Positions 37,577 to 52,234 of a DNA stretch of 64,000 nucleotides are shown here, one piece after another. Made by a program: the position numbers and the translations under genes. This DNA is from Pseudogymnoascus verrucosus (taxonomy: Eukaryota). A model generated the notes under the pieces. It worked only from the letters and a program-made list of their open reading frames with translations. It was not told the DNA's origin and ran no database searches. Numbering within the stretch: position 1 is the first letter of the stretch; each line of letters opens with the position of its first letter. The stretch lies in assembly GCA_001662655.1 (NCBI GenBank), contig KV460290.1. One strand, given 5' to 3'.

Positions 37577-39444
37577 TGGTTTCCCGTGACCCGGGCGGTC
37601 AGCCGCTGAAGTGGGAGAATCATTGCTTTTGAAATACTTTATTCGACTTGCACACCTAACAAATATGCATAAAATGCGTAAAGCCCGAAAGCTGTGCCAT
37701 TGACTTGTTGTCGGTATTGTTGTTGTCAAGCTCCAGTGTCTGACTGCAGTCGTAGGCGGCGTTGTGGCTTCCTCTCAGCCACAGTAGTAATTTGACTCGT
37801 ATGGCTAGTACTGTTGTTCACGAGATTGTTCAGGACAGTGTGGAGGCTGTTCTAAACTCACAGCAGAGAGGGTTCGTGTCATACCGACCAGTGCAGGCGT
37901 CTAGTGGGTATATTCTTAGATTATCATATGCAAATCGCTGATCATCCTGCTCAGCATTTTCTGTTCCTATAACCCGGCTGCACTTAAAGGCTGGGCATTC
38001 ACCGACACCGAGACATGATTTGCGGCGCAGCAACAGAACGAGATGAGGCGTACGTAAGCATACAGAGAAATAGAAGGAAAGAAGAACACACATGTACGAC
38101 GAATGAGACGAACAAACGAACAATCATAAGATATTACGGAGTTTAGCTGTCGTTGGTCCGCGATGGATGACTAAGCGTACCCGTATACGTATATTGGACT
38201 AGATACGGACTAAAGTTCGTAGATAGGGAGGGAGTTAAGGCCACCAAGGTGTCGAAGAGGGGGGTTTATCCAATCTACCCGAAATTATACTACATTTGCA
38301 TATTATTAAACGCCAACTTCGTGTTTGGGGGTCATCAAATTTCCCCTTAACTCCATATATTGCCAAGTCCCTGGGCTTACAGAGTAAATGTTGTACTTTT
38401 GTAGAGCTGATACGGGTTTCGGATGTTTCTTTCTGCTCCATGATCTCCGATACTCCAAGGGGCTAAACTTCTCTACTTCAACTTTACTATGGAGACATGG
38501 GGAGAGTAGTGGGTACAATTGTGCCACTGTGTTGGAAGATCTTTGAGAATATATGATTTGAAACATTACTCTCATGCACTGGCTAATTGAATGGATAGGG
38601 GCAAAAGTCAATGAGCCATAGTAGGTTGTTGGTCGTACCATATATATAGATTGTAACTGTATAATTACTGTATAATTACACTGTAACTTACTGGATATAC
38701 CGCCCTGTATCCAATACGTACGTACTTGGGATAAAGAATGTCAGCAAATGGCCCAGCCTGAGAGTCTTGAGTTAACTCGTTCATAGTGCTTACACATCTC
38801 GTACCTGTAGTCCAGTACCAGTACTTAAGCTCAGTCGTTCGACTCGAAAGGAGACTTTGCACAATATGTCATTATAGGCGTTGATTGGTGTTAACTTTTT
38901 GACTTTTCTGAACTTTTGCTGATGTTCCTCGCCGAGTTTACTACGTAGGATTTCCCCCCTACCAATCTATACATGTACATCTACATCGGGAAAAATCCAG
39001 CCTTCCCGAAGTAACTAAAGCAGTTGTCTGGCCTTTGGCGCCCCTCCGTATTGGTGCAAATAACGGTTCATAGCATCATCATCATCAACTTCTTTGTGAC
39101 ATATTGCCACGCAAAAACATCTCTGTCTCGGTCCCGAACGAATTTTGATTTTTGTTACCGCTTTGCCGCCCTCTAGTGCATTGCATTACTCTTGCCCCGC
39201 CGCGGACGCTGCTGCCACCTCGCCGCTTCTGCCGGTATTAGCGATACGTAGGATAAAACAAATAACCTCCACCCCAACCCCGGGTTTTAGCAATTGCGAC
39301 CTACCCCCTCCTTGTCAACACACGATACAGATTAATGATCGCTATACCCGTCACTATCGAATTCAACGAAGGCGCATAATTCTCGACAGCGCTGGCGGAC
39401 GCTCGACAGAAGCCGGGCAGTAGCCCAATCAATACCTCCTCGCC

Positions 39445-42400
39445 ATGGCCGACCAGCCTCGCCCTGAGGACCACGAGGATCCCGAGGATGGCACAACGCC
39501 AGCACCTACAAAACGCACCAGATGGGCCACACGAAAGCTGAAGGGGAGGCAGGGTAGCCGCAAGAGGGTTTCGATCCTTGAGCGCCTGCAGAAGGGTCAG
39601 AATGAGAAGAAGCGCGATTCCAGTGGGGCTGAGAGCACCACCAACCCCAGCGTCATGAACACCGTCGTAGAAGAGGGGGAGGAAGAGGAAGAGGTGGAAG
39701 CGACTGAGGAGAGTCAAGACGGACCTGGCCCTCGCTCTGTGTTCGTCAACATGACACTACCAGCCAATGCTGTCGATGCCCATGGCCATCCGACAGCACG
39801 TTATGAGAGGAATAAGATTCGGACGGCGAAGTACACACCATTGAGTTTCATTCCGAAGAACTTGTGGCACCAGTTCCACAACATTGCGAACATATATTTC
39901 CTTTTCCTCGTTATCCTTTCCGTAAGTATCACCAGCCACCCCAATCAATCTCACTCGCTGATTCTGTGCGACAGATCTTCAGCATTTTTGGTGCTGTTAA
40001 CCCGGGACTCAACGCTGTACCTCTGATTGTCGTCGTTGTCATTACAGCTGTGAAGGATGCCGTCGAAGATTGGCGACGAACTGTTCTCGATAATGAACTC
40101 AACAATTCCACGGTCCACCGCCTCGTGCAATGGACGAATGTCAACATCAGCTCGGGTGACGTCTCATTATGGCGAAGGATAAAGAAAGCCACAACAAAAG
40201 GCATCAAGATAATATACTTGGCGATAAAGGCCCTCTTCAAGCTCAACTCGGGAAAGAAGGGGAAATCATATGGAGAGCGCGCAATGGACACCCAGCGTGC
40301 CTCATACGAAACCACTGCGACCAGACGCCAATCAGCATACTCCCAGCGCACTTCGTTTGCATCTGCAAGGGAGGATATTCAAATGACCCCTGTTCCGTCT
40401 CCAAACCCTCGCCATGATACCAGCGAGTCCTCAAACCCGTTCGACTCTGCAGCCGACTTCGAAGCAGACAATTCTAGGGTTATCAGCCATTACCAAGGCG
40501 ACGTTGTAAACCGCCGCCTCCCTGTATCTAAAAAGGCGAGGTTCCATCAGGATTATTGGAAGAACGTTCAAGTTGGAGATTTCCTACGAATTTATAGTGA
40601 CGACCAGATCCCAGCCGATGTTGTAATTTTGGCGACATCAGATCCGGACGGGGCCTGCTACGTCGAAACAAAGAATCTGGATGGCGAAACTAATCTTAAG
40701 CTTCGGCATGCATTGCAGTGCGGACAGTCGCTCAAACATGCGAGGGACTGTGAACAGGCCCAGTTTGTTATCGAAAGTGAACCTCCGCAACCAAACTTGT
40801 ACCAATATAGTGCTGTCGCCCGTTGGACACAGGAGGATAAGAGCAACCCTAACGGACCAGGCCAACCTATGGCAGAACCGATCTCCATTAACAACATGCT
40901 CCTACGAGGCTGCAATCTACGGAATACTGAGTGGGCCCTTTGTGTGGTCATGTTCACCGGATTCGATTCTAAGATTATGCTCAACTCAGGAATGACGCCT
41001 ACCAAGCGCTCAAGAATTGCACGAGAACTCAACTGGAACGTTGTGTACAACTTCATTATTCTCTTCTTTATGTGCTTCATTTCTGGTCTCTTCGAGGGCC
41101 TTGCTTGGGGTAGAAATGATAAGTCGCTGCATTATTTCGACTATCCAGATACAGCAGCCCCTGTCTCCGGGCTCATTACGTTTTGGGCTGCTGTCATTTT
41201 ACTTCAGAACTTGGTCCCCATCGCTCTCTTTATCACTTTGGAAATTATCAAAACGCTCCAGGCGGTCTTTATCTACAGCGATATACACATGTACTACGAT
41301 AAGCTCGACTACCCATGCACCCCAAAGTCGTGGAATATTTCGGATGATGTCGGTCAGATTGAATACATTTTCTCCGACAAGACTGGGACATTGACGCAGA
41401 ATGTTATGGAATTCAAGAAGGCTACTGTCAATGGAATTCCGTACGGAGAAGCTTACACCGAAGCCCAAGCTGGCATGCAGCGTCGTCAAGGCATTGACGT
41501 CGTGAAGGAGGCAGCTAAAGCGCAGGTGCAGATTGCCGAAGCACGCGTGAAAATGATCGCAGAGACGCGCAAGCTTCACAATAACCCTTATCTTCACGAT
41601 GATGATCTAACCTTTGTCGCCCCCGACTACATCGCTGATCTTGGCGGTGAGTCAGGAGAAGAGCAAAAACAAGCGACCCGACAGTTTATGCTGGCGCTTT
41701 CCCTATGCCACAGTGTCATCGCCGAAATTACACCAGGAGATCCACCCAAAATGGAGTTCAAGGCCCAGTCTCCAGATGAGGCGGCCCTAGTTGCTACAGC
41801 AAGGGATGTCGGCTTCACAGTCGTTGGGAACTCACATCACGGAATAAAAGTCAACGTTCTTGGCGACGAACAGGAGTATACTGTCTTGAATACGCTAGAA
41901 TTCAACTCAACGCGCAAGCGCATGAGTGCTATTATCCGGATGCCAGATGGGAAGATCATGCTGTTCTGCAAGGGTGCAGATAGTACCATTTATGCTCGCT
42001 TGAAGACTGGCGAACAGAAGGAGCTTCGTCAATCAACGGCGGAACATTTGGAAATGTTCGCTAGGGAAGGTCTAAGAACACTATGCATTGCGCAAAGAAC
42101 TCTGGGCGAAGAAGAATATCAAATATGGAATAAGGAGCATGAGCTGGCCGCAGCTGCCATTAATGACCGAGAGGAGAAGTTAGAACGCGTGTCCGAGATG
42201 ATCGAACAGGAACTTACTCTACTCGGAGGAACCGCCATCGAGGATCGTTTGCAAGAAGGCGTCCCAGATACCATTGCTCTGCTTGCTGAGGCTGGTATCA
42301 AGTTGTGGGTTCTGACTGGCGATAAGGTTGAGACGGCCATCAACATTGGCTTTTCCTGCAATTTATTGAACAACGACATGGAATTAATTATCTTCAAAAT

Positions 42401-44080
42401 TGAGGATGACAGTCTAAGTACTGCTGAGGAACAGCTCGACCAGCATCTTCAGACTTTTAACATGACTGGATCGGATGAGGAGCTTCAAGCAGCAATGAAG
42501 AACCACGAGGCTCCTGCGCCCACTCACGCTATCGTCATCGATGGAGACTCATTGAAGCTTGTCCTTGACGAAACCCTACGACAGAAGTTCCTCCTGCTTT
42601 GCAAACAGTGCAAATCGGTTCTTTGCTGTCGTGTCAGCCCTGCACAAAAGGCCGCGGTCGTGAAGATGGTGAAGACTGGACTTGATGTCATGACACTGTC
42701 TGTTGGAGATGGTGCCAACGATGTTGCCATGATTCAAGAGGCTGACGTCGGAGTTGGAATTGCTGGAGAGGAAGGAAGACAGGCCGTCATGTCGTCTGAT
42801 TATGCCATTGGCCAGTTCCGCTTCCTTCAACGTCTTATCCTGGTGCACGGCCGTTGGTCGTACCGCCGTGTGGGAGATACCATTGCGAATTTCTTCTACA
42901 AGAATTTAGTGTGGACCGCCGCCCTCTTTTGGTATCAGATTTATGCGGATTTCGACCAGGCGTACCTATACGATTACACCTTCATCTTGCTCTACAATCT
43001 GGCTTTCAGCTCTCTGCCGGTTATATTCATGGGTGTGCTGGATCAGGATGTTAGCGACAAGATCTCACTAGCTGTTCCCCAGCTTTACCGCCGCGGTATC
43101 GAGCGGAAGGAGTGGACGCAGAGGAAGTTCTGGTAAGTTACACTGATCTACTTTTAAATAAAAAAAAACTTATGGACTAACATATTTACAGGCTATACAT
43201 GCTTGATGGAACCTATCAATCAGTGATTTGCTTCTTCGTCGTATACCTCCTTTTCGCTCCTGGCACCTTCGTTACATCAGGCGGACAGGACGTCGGAGAT
43301 CGCAACAGAGTCGGCGTTTACGTTTCATGCGGAGCCGTTATCGTCGTCAACTTTTATATCCTCCTCAACTGTTACAGGTGGGATTGGCTGATGGTCCTTT
43401 TGGTGGCCATCAGTTGCCTGCTCGTATTCTTCTGGGTCGGCGTATGGGGTTCATCGGTCAGCACGGCGGTATTTTTCTACCAGGCAGCTGCTCAGGTTTT
43501 CGCCCAACCATCTTTCTGGGCCGTTACGTTCCTTATGGTGATCATCTGTCTGCTACCTCGCTTTACCGTCAAGTTTGTTCAGAAGGTCTACTTCCCTTAC
43601 GATGTCGATATTATCCGCGAACAAGTCAGGCAAGGAAAGTTCGACTATCTCGACGATGAATCATCATCATCATCATCGCGTCCGCCAAAGACAGTAGACT
43701 CATCTGCAACCTCGTCAGACCTGGTAGAGCCACTTAAGCAACCTTCGTATTTCGACGATGACCGACGCCCACTCAAAGCACCATCAATGGCTCCAACTAC
43801 CACAACCCACAACCCTCGGAGTCAAAATAACAGCGACGGGACAGATTACACCAGGCACCGGATATCCCTGGAGCCGCCGATGGAAAACCCCAACCATCGG
43901 CGATTATCTAGCGATAGGCCCAGGCCATCCTTCGACCGCATGCGCGCCTCAATGGACCGCTGCCGCCCCAGCTTCGAAGCCAGCCGCGACTTCACCACCG
44001 CAGCCAGGTTGACCCAAGTCGAGTCCAGCCACTCATTCGGTCCCATTCGCAGCAAAATGAGCCGCTTCTCCGACGAGTAG
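39445..44080 (+). CDS. dnf1: P4-ATPase phospholipid flippase, Dnf1/Dnf2 (DnfA) type; exons 39445-39921, 39975-43132, 43192-44080
   Basis: [28 protein letters not shown] phosphorylation motif, [17 protein letters not shown] and [11 protein letters not shown]. Confidence 0.95.
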
Positions 44081-45509
44081 CCGTGAAGGCAGCCTCGGGT
44101 TTTACGATTCTAGCCGTCCCCGACATGGTGTTTGTACATTAATGCCTCCAAGTTTTTCTTTTTCTTTTCCTTTGTGCTCTTTTTTGTTTGTGCGGCCATC
44201 CTGGGCCGGGGATATCCAAGCATTCACGATTTGGATGAGCAATCTACTCTGCGCTGTTCTTGCGGCATTCAGTTTGGCGCATGTCGGCGTTGCATCAGTG
44301 GTCATGATTTATGGTTCCTTTTTTATTCTCTGGGAATGAGGGGGCTGCGCTGCACAGGCAGCGGCCCTGGAAAGGTGGTGGTGTTGTATAAAGAGTGTGG
44401 GGGATTTTGCCTGCGCTTGAAGGGATGGGACTTTGGACTTTGCCTGGGCTTGGCTTGGGGAAAGGGTTGTTTCTCTTTTTTGAAAAAACGCATAGAGAGT
44501 GTAATTTGTCCTTTGTAGATACAAGTGCGAACATGAACAGTACAATACGGTTTGAATTATTTCTTGAGATCCATACGTGAATTCATTCTAGTGTCAACCC
44601 CATGCCCTGTAGTACTGTAGTATATCCCCCTCGAACTCAGTGTAAAATCACCATCCAACCAAGCGCGGCTTATTTGAAGTCTGATATCATGATGTTGTAC
44701 ATCTCTTTTGTATTTAGTATTAAAATGTCCCTGGACCCGGTATTGTCTATTTGAACCCTGATATCAATTCCACGTCTTCCGTACAGTATATCTCCCTGGA
44801 ATCCAGAGACCCTTCAATCTACCGTTCCCAGCGGCCACATAAAACAATCGGACCCGGAAGTAACCACCTTCACAAAGAACAATCGAGCCCAGGAATTATA
44901 ACAGAACAAAGACCTTAAACGTTCTAATATCTCGGTCCCAGTTGGCTCTTCACCGAAGCCTCTCATATAATATCATCCCGTGACTTCTACCACGCCAAGC
45001 ACTGGTTCGTGTCAGGGCTTATCTTATCGGCGAACTTTATCGCGACCTCTCCAAATTCCTCGGCGGCCAACTTCGCTGGTCGCGTCAACCTCAGCTCCAA
45101 ATATATACCCCGTTTCGAAATCTTCAGATTCACAGGGATCCGCCCACCACCGGCGGACCTGCTTAAGATTTCTTTTCTGGGATAATTCCTTTGCTCTTCC
45201 ACTTCCACTTCCACTTCACGATTCTACTTTGCAGTCTCTTGTGTTTAGCCATTTTCGCCCAATCCAGCTCCACCCACTGCAAGGCCCGGCCGAGTCTTGC
45301 TTCCTGCATTTCACAACCACAGCCTTCTCCCGAGCAAACGAACTTAATTGCTATAATCCACTTCATCATCATCTCAGTTGCTATTGCCCCGTTCAAGCTC
45401 TTTACTATGATTATTTGAGCAATGATAGTGCTCGAAGTGCCATTCTATCCTTGTTATACCCCAATTCTGCACCTGGCGCCCGTCGCTGGGTTCAGACGTA
45501 GGCCTCACC

Positions 45510-48500
45510 ATGGAGGGAATATATGAAGAGCTTCAGGAGCTGCAGGGGTAATTTATTTCGGTTTCACTAGCAGACGTTGAGCAGTTCACTGACATGAAAG
45601 TAGGAAGATGGATGAGTTCCCCCCCGAAGCACATTGGTTTTGCCCGAAACTCAACGACGAGGACTATACAAACTACGGCGATCCAGGCAACGATGAGGAA
45701 GATGCGTCGTCCGCTACAAAGATCAAGTGCATCGAAGACGGAGAGAAGCGACTGAAAATTACATACCGCTTTTCTATAAAACTCGGGTTTTCTCCCGAAC
45801 AGGCTGAGGAGGCAGGTTTCGGGGACGCATTCGAGCGTCGTGCAACAGAGCTCTTATCCACCTGCGACCAATGTGTCCGAAACTATCATACCGCGAGGAA
45901 GGAATTCTTGGGATACATGTCTGAGGAATTTGCAGAGGAAGTTATGGAGCAGTTGTCTGAGGTTATTAACCAGTTTGACCACTCCCGAATCGACAAAGGC
46001 CTTGACAAAGCGGCTGCTCTTTTGAACTCGCTTCCTGTCGCTCAACGTACTATGCGATCACTGGCCACTGATCAGGTTGGTCTTACGGCGCTATATGAGG
46101 CGTTATGCTGCCCGTCATATCACAAGTTAATGGAGAAGCTTTTAACTCCGCTCGGCGATGTCCTCCGGCTGGTCCAGACAACGAAAGTGCTTAGGATCAG
46201 CGGCATTGTCCCCGCGACCACCCGCTTCCTTTTCGATGCCGACGAACATCGCCGTCAATTTGCCAGCTTGGGCTGGAGGAAAGCACCTCAGGATCTCGAC
46301 AGGAAAACCTTTGAGTGGGCTGTTCAAGACGCTCTGGTGGAGCAAATTCAGTTCATTTCCGGCCCAGGCCGCTCATTGATAGAAATCCAGCGGTTTTGGG
46401 AAGGGCTTGTTCTCATCATCAACAAGCTGGACAGCGACCTTATCACTCATTCCCTGCGCGGGTTGGAGGTATCTCCCGATGTCTACCATCTGGCGTTAGC
46501 ACACCTCCCCTGTGACTCTGAGGATATTCTATCCAACATTATCCACGCACTCATAATGCTTCTTGGGAAATCCTCGAAGTCCTTCTGGTCGGCATACGGG
46601 ACTATTTCTTCAACGACCGTTGCAGAACAAGTCTTCAATTCCCCAGCATTCGAACGCCTTCTCTCTGGATCCCACATCAATGACCAAGGTCATGATAAGT
46701 ATGCCTACGGCGCAACGTCCTGGATTACTCCTTTTGTGGAATCTCTACCAGCCGCGCAGCAATATGATGCGTGCCACAGCATGCTTGTCAGCCTCCTGGG
46801 TCGCTATCAAAAGGATCACATCCCAGATTCATCCAAGCTCGTGTGTTGTCGGGCTGGATTGGCAACGATGAATATCGTGTTGACCACATTTACCTCAAAG
46901 GAATACACCATCAACACGTCGACGTCATTTATAATGATCAACAATGTCTTAGGACTAGTTGATAAGTTCAAAGACATGATTGTCAACTGTGCCACAGTCG
47001 CCGAAGGCACAGAAGGGCACACAGAATTGTCAGAAGCCGGCCTGCAAGTCATTCGATTGGCGCTGTTGCTTGATTGCAGATCTCTCAATGCGGAGTTCCT
47101 CGCTTTGGAAAATGGCAAGCCCGTGGACCATGGTTTGAACAGCCACTCGGAGTCGATTTGGAAATCTGTCCTTGACTCATTCCGAGTTAATGATATGAAG
47201 ATGGCCGATAGCATATTGCGAGGAATCACCCCTTTGATTGGCCTTGAGAAGTTTATGCTGAAGGGCCAACCAGAGGGATTACACAGAGACATGAACCGTT
47301 TCAACAGCGCCTTCGGCCAGCTAACAGAGATTGTTGCAAGTGTTTTTGAGCGCATTAGTGACTTTAGTCTCGAAAACCTTCGGCGCCTCTGTGGCAGTAT
47401 ACCAACGGCCAATCCACTGTTTGCCGGCCTCACCTCAGCACATGCACCTACTTACGATGCGGCGGTTGCGTTAATCAAAGCTGTCACTGAGACAGATACC
47501 CGAAAGGAGGCTATTTCTGTCCTTCTTGAAAAGTTTATGGACACGCCATTGATGGCGCTGGCATCTGCCGCGAGGAAGATCAATGAGTTCCGAACCTTTG
47601 CGGCTGTCCCAAATGTTCTCAAGACGGGACGCGATGTTTTGGGTGGGCTTTGCAACCCTCAAAGCGGTCTCTTGCGCAGCAAATCCTCATTCTCTCTAAA
47701 GGAACAAATATCTCTTAGAACCTGGTGGACGGAGCAGTGGCAAGCCATTGTAACGTCGTTTCAGACGGTTGAACAATGGAGCAAATATTATGACACCGAT
47801 ATCTTGGTCAATTTCTGCCGCGACGCTATGGAATATGCAGAAGCTCTCTTCGAAGAATACAACATCGTGGCAAATGTTCTCAGCAACGGCTCTGGAGATA
47901 CCACGCCAGCTTCAAAAGAAGTCATGTCTCTGGCCACTGCAAGAAAAGTCGTTTTAAAGCAACCTTGTGAGGCAACTACAAGTCTCGTTAAATGGCTTCG
48001 GCTGAAGGATCAATATCTTGTCTCTACTGTGGTCAGCCTTATCAGCAAGATCCTTCGTCGTCTCGGAGAATTCGATATGGAGGTTGATGATAGGTCTCTG
48101 GAATATATCGACAGGGTGACATTTGACAGAATCAAGACAGTCTTGACTCCACAGCAGAAAGCTGAGCTACGTAAAGCCAAGGAAGAGCATAGTGGCGTCA
48201 AATATATCGAGCAGAAGCCCTCCGTTTCCAAGACGCAGGGAAAGATTGATGCCTGGTCGAAATCCGCAAATGGCGTCAAATATGAACCTTCCTCAACGGG
48301 GAAACCACTCAGAGGCCAGCAAGGTGTCATCGATGTTGAGCAATGGAAGAGCAAGTCAGGCCTTCCAGACAATTCCATATCAGAAGATGTGCGTTCTTTA
48401 TCTCGCACGCTGGATCAAGGCAAGGGGACATTGGAGCAAATACGAGCGCGCCAGCAAGCCAAACAAATTGCGGCAGTGAAACCGGTCCCCATGAAACCTA

Positions 48501-51500
48501 GCATTGTCATCAGGTCTAACGAGAGCATCAAGCAGTCACGACAAAGAGAAAAGGATGAGAAGAAGCTGCGTGACGCGGCAATTATTGCCAAGGCGAAGGC
48601 ATTAAGGACACCCACTGTTCTAGGGGAAGGCTCCGGACTCAAAAACCTCGGTATCATTGGGAAAGACCATGCGCCCGAGAAGGGAGAGATGATGGTATCC
48701 TCAAGTGAAGAATCAGAGGAAGAAGAAGAAGAAGGCGGGAGGACCTTGCTCAAGAAGACGAGAGATGCCTCCAAGAAATCCAGCGATTTGGAGGCAGAGC
48801 GACGACGGGCATTGATGAGGAAACAGCAGGAGCCTGTCAAGAAAATGAAAATTAAGCGGACTGAGAAGGATATGCGCGCTCGATTGACGCCAGATATGAC
48901 TGATCTCCATCTCGACATTCTTAGATGGGACATATTCTGGGACGGCGATGGACCTCCAAATGGTACTGGTTGCGTGAGAATAGCCAACACCTACCAAACT
49001 CCGGATAGTTACCGAGGGGTGTTTTATCCGCTCTTAATAGCGGAAGCCTGGCGATCACTGAAAACTGATCGTGATGAAACCAATTCCCAAGCTTTTGACA
49101 TTGCTGTCGTTACCAGAATGTCAGTGGATAGATTCTACGAAGTCAGTACTACGATGACAATGGCCGACCACCGCGAGGCGAAGATTAGGGAGGGTGACAT
49201 CGTTTTGCTCTCCAGAGCCAAAGAGCCTCTGAAGAACAAGGAGGCGCCCCATTGCCTGGCCAGGGTATATCGTACCAACCGCAAGAGGGACGTGGTGGAG
49301 GTATCCTACCGCCTCAATGGCATAGCCGTCAATAAGCCTGGAGGGCTTGCACTTGCACCCAACACCCAAATCCGCGGGGTGAAGATTACAAGCATAACGT
49401 CAATCGAGAGAGAGTACGCCGCTCTGAAGAGCATGGAATACTATGATCTGTGCAACGAAATCCTACAAGCCGAACCATCTCCGCTGATCAACTACCCCGA
49501 TGCTGCTCTGTCTCCGGTTCAACAGCATTACGGAGTCAATAGAGCTCAGGCGAAGGCCATTTGGTCCGCTACGGAAAACGACGCATTTACACTGATTCAG
49601 GGTCCCCCTGGCTCGGGCAAAACGAAAACCATCGTTGCGATGGTAGGCGCCATACTGTCGCCAACCTTGGGCATTGGACCAGGAGTCTCAATCGCACGGC
49701 CCTCAGGTGTGCCAGATCCGAAAAAGGATACGATTGCGAAGAAACTATTAGTCTGCGCGCCAAGTAACGCAGCCGTGGACGAGCTAGTTTCTAGGTTGAA
49801 GGAAGGCGTGACAGATATGAAAGGCAACCATCACAAGATCAACGTCCTCCGACTTGGACGAAGTGATGCCATCAACTCAAATGTGAGAGACGTGACTCTT
49901 GAAGCCCTGACGGATGCCAGAATCGAAAAGGACAATGCAAACGGCAGTGCGGTCGTTCCGGAGCGTCAGAAATTACATCAAGAAGCCGGGCGAATTAAGG
50001 AGGAACTTGCCGCCCTCAGGTCCAAACAGGAAGAAGCTCGCACAAAGGGAGAGAAGACGGTGGAACTCAGACTCCAGAGAGATATTGATGGGAAAAAGCG
50101 CGACCAGACGAGGATTGGTGCCAAGATCGACGAGGACAAGGATAACGGCAATACGGTTGCTCGAGATAACGAAATTAATCGTCGGCGGATACAGCAAGAG
50201 ATTCTCAACGGGGCACATGTATTATGCGCGACACTCAGTGGCAGTGGGCATGAGATGTTCAAGAAATTAAGCGTTGAGTTTGAGACAGTCATTATCGACG
50301 AAGCCGCTCAATCTATTGAAATGAGTGCCTTGATTCCACTGAAGTACAATTGTACCAAGTGTATATTGGTCGGTGATCCCAAGCAACTCCCCCCCACTGT
50401 CCTCTCTACAGTTGCCGCAGAATTTGGTTATGACCAGAGTTTGTTCGAGCGCATGCAAAAGAATCACCCGGACCGGATCCATCTACTGGACACACAGTAC
50501 CGTATGCATCCGGAGATCAGCTCCTTCCCAAGAGGCGAGTTTTACGACGGAGAACTTGTTGATGGTGCTGGCCTAGACAAGTTAAGACAGAAACCGTGGC
50601 ACGCAAGCGCCCTGCTTGGCCCTTACCGGTTTTTCGATCTCAAGGGTACCTCGAGTCGCTCGGGGGGCCATTCGATGGTCAATTACGACGAGATCAAGGT
50701 TGCCCTGCAGCTATATAAGAGACTTAAGACAGATTATCCTTCTTTCGATATCAAGGGCAAGGTTGGCATTATTACACCATACAAGGGCCAACTTCGCGAG
50801 ATCCGCTTCGCTTTGCAGCGGGAGTACGGTGACGACATCCTGGATGACATCGATACCAATACGACGGACGCCTTCCAGGGTCGCGAAGCTGAGGTGATCA
50901 TTTTCTCCTGCGTGCGAACAATGGGTGGTGTTGGTTTCTTGAAAGACGTGAGACGTATGAACGTCGGTTTGACTCGTGCCAAGTCTTCTCTCTGGGTTAT
51001 TGGAGATTCCAGCACCCTCCAGCGCGATCGAGTCTGGTCGAACATGATTCAAGATGCAAAGAGGCGAGATCGATTTACTTCCGGGGATGTCTTGAGCATG
51101 CTGAGAGTGGCATCTGCCAAACAACCCCAGGTCCCCAAGCAGTTAGCCATTGAGGACGTGCAAATGGAAGATGTCGACTCCGGCAAGACCCTTGATGGAA
51201 ATACAGACAGTCGCCAACCATCACCTCAAGATGTCCCTATGACCGATGCCCCTAATATTGTCGAACGGAAACAAGTCTCGAATGGCAAAGGGGTCAGTAA
51301 TGCGGCGCCTGTTGGCGAAGGTCCTAGGCTCTATAAACCTGGAGAACCCAGAAATGGGGCCTCAGCAGTGCGTCCAACCGTCAAAGCTGCTCCCAAGGAG
51401 AATTTGGTGATTCAGACGAGTCAAACGCCAAAACGTTCAAGAGAACCGTCCCCGACTGGTAGTCCAGGCCCACCAAAGAAGGTAAGCAGATACCACCTTT

Positions 51501-51881
51501 TTGTTTTCTATTTTGATTGCTAACGACAGTAGGTGCCTACTATATCCAAAGGATTGCCGAGGAGACCAAGTCTAACGCCTATCTTGAATCCTGATAAATA
51601 TGAGAAAGATGTCCTGAAAGCCAAAGTAGAGCCGAAGTCTGAGGGCGAACCGCGCTCGAAAGTCTCTCCCCCGCCACAGGTAGGAAGACGCAACAGCAAT
51701 AGTTCATTAGGCGGCGAATCCAATGTACGTATGCAGCTCAAGTCAACTCGCAGGTAACTAACATCATATATAGGGTTCTTCACGTCCAAAGCCACCCTCA
51801 GGTCTCCCACCACGACCTAAAATCTTGAAAAGAAGGCCTGCTGCCGACCCATTCCTGCCAGCAAAACCTCGACCACGTTAA
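45510..51881 (+). CDS. sen1: SF1B RNA/DNA helicase Sen1/senataxin; exons 45510-45547, 45604-51481, 51533-51724, 51774-51881
   Basis: SEN1 N-terminal domain (HWFCP), QGPPGSGKTKT, CAPSNAAVDE, IIDEAAQ, VGDPKQLPPT, QYRMHP, DAFQGRE, RRMNVGLTRAK and C-terminal KRRPAADPFLP. Confidence 0.95.
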
Positions 51882-52234
51882 ACCAATACTGACGGTTGCT
51901 CGACATAAACTGGTATTCAAAACATCATTAGGCGTACTAGACATTTTAGCGACCAGCATTCATCGGCGTTCTTCATACATACGACACTACGTTAGGGAGC
52001 GTAAATTATAGTTCGGACTCCCGCATCGTTATGGCGAGGGAGTGAAAGGGCCTTCATTTTAATATTGCTGTGAAGGGCAGATTTGCGATTAGTTACTACC
52101 TACATGTGTGACACGACCAGTAGCTCGAATTTGGCCAGAGGATTGGAATTGTAGCACATAAGTGTTGCATTCTATATCCGGTAGCCCACGGCATAACCAC
52201 GACAAAACTATACAATTACCCCTGAACAGATAAA

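Noticed and set aside
37700..39100. Spacer between the Nse6-like gene and the flippase as a TE or snoRNA locus
   Set aside because: No transposase or RT remnant, terminal repeats or convincing C/D or H/ACA pair could be seen by eye.
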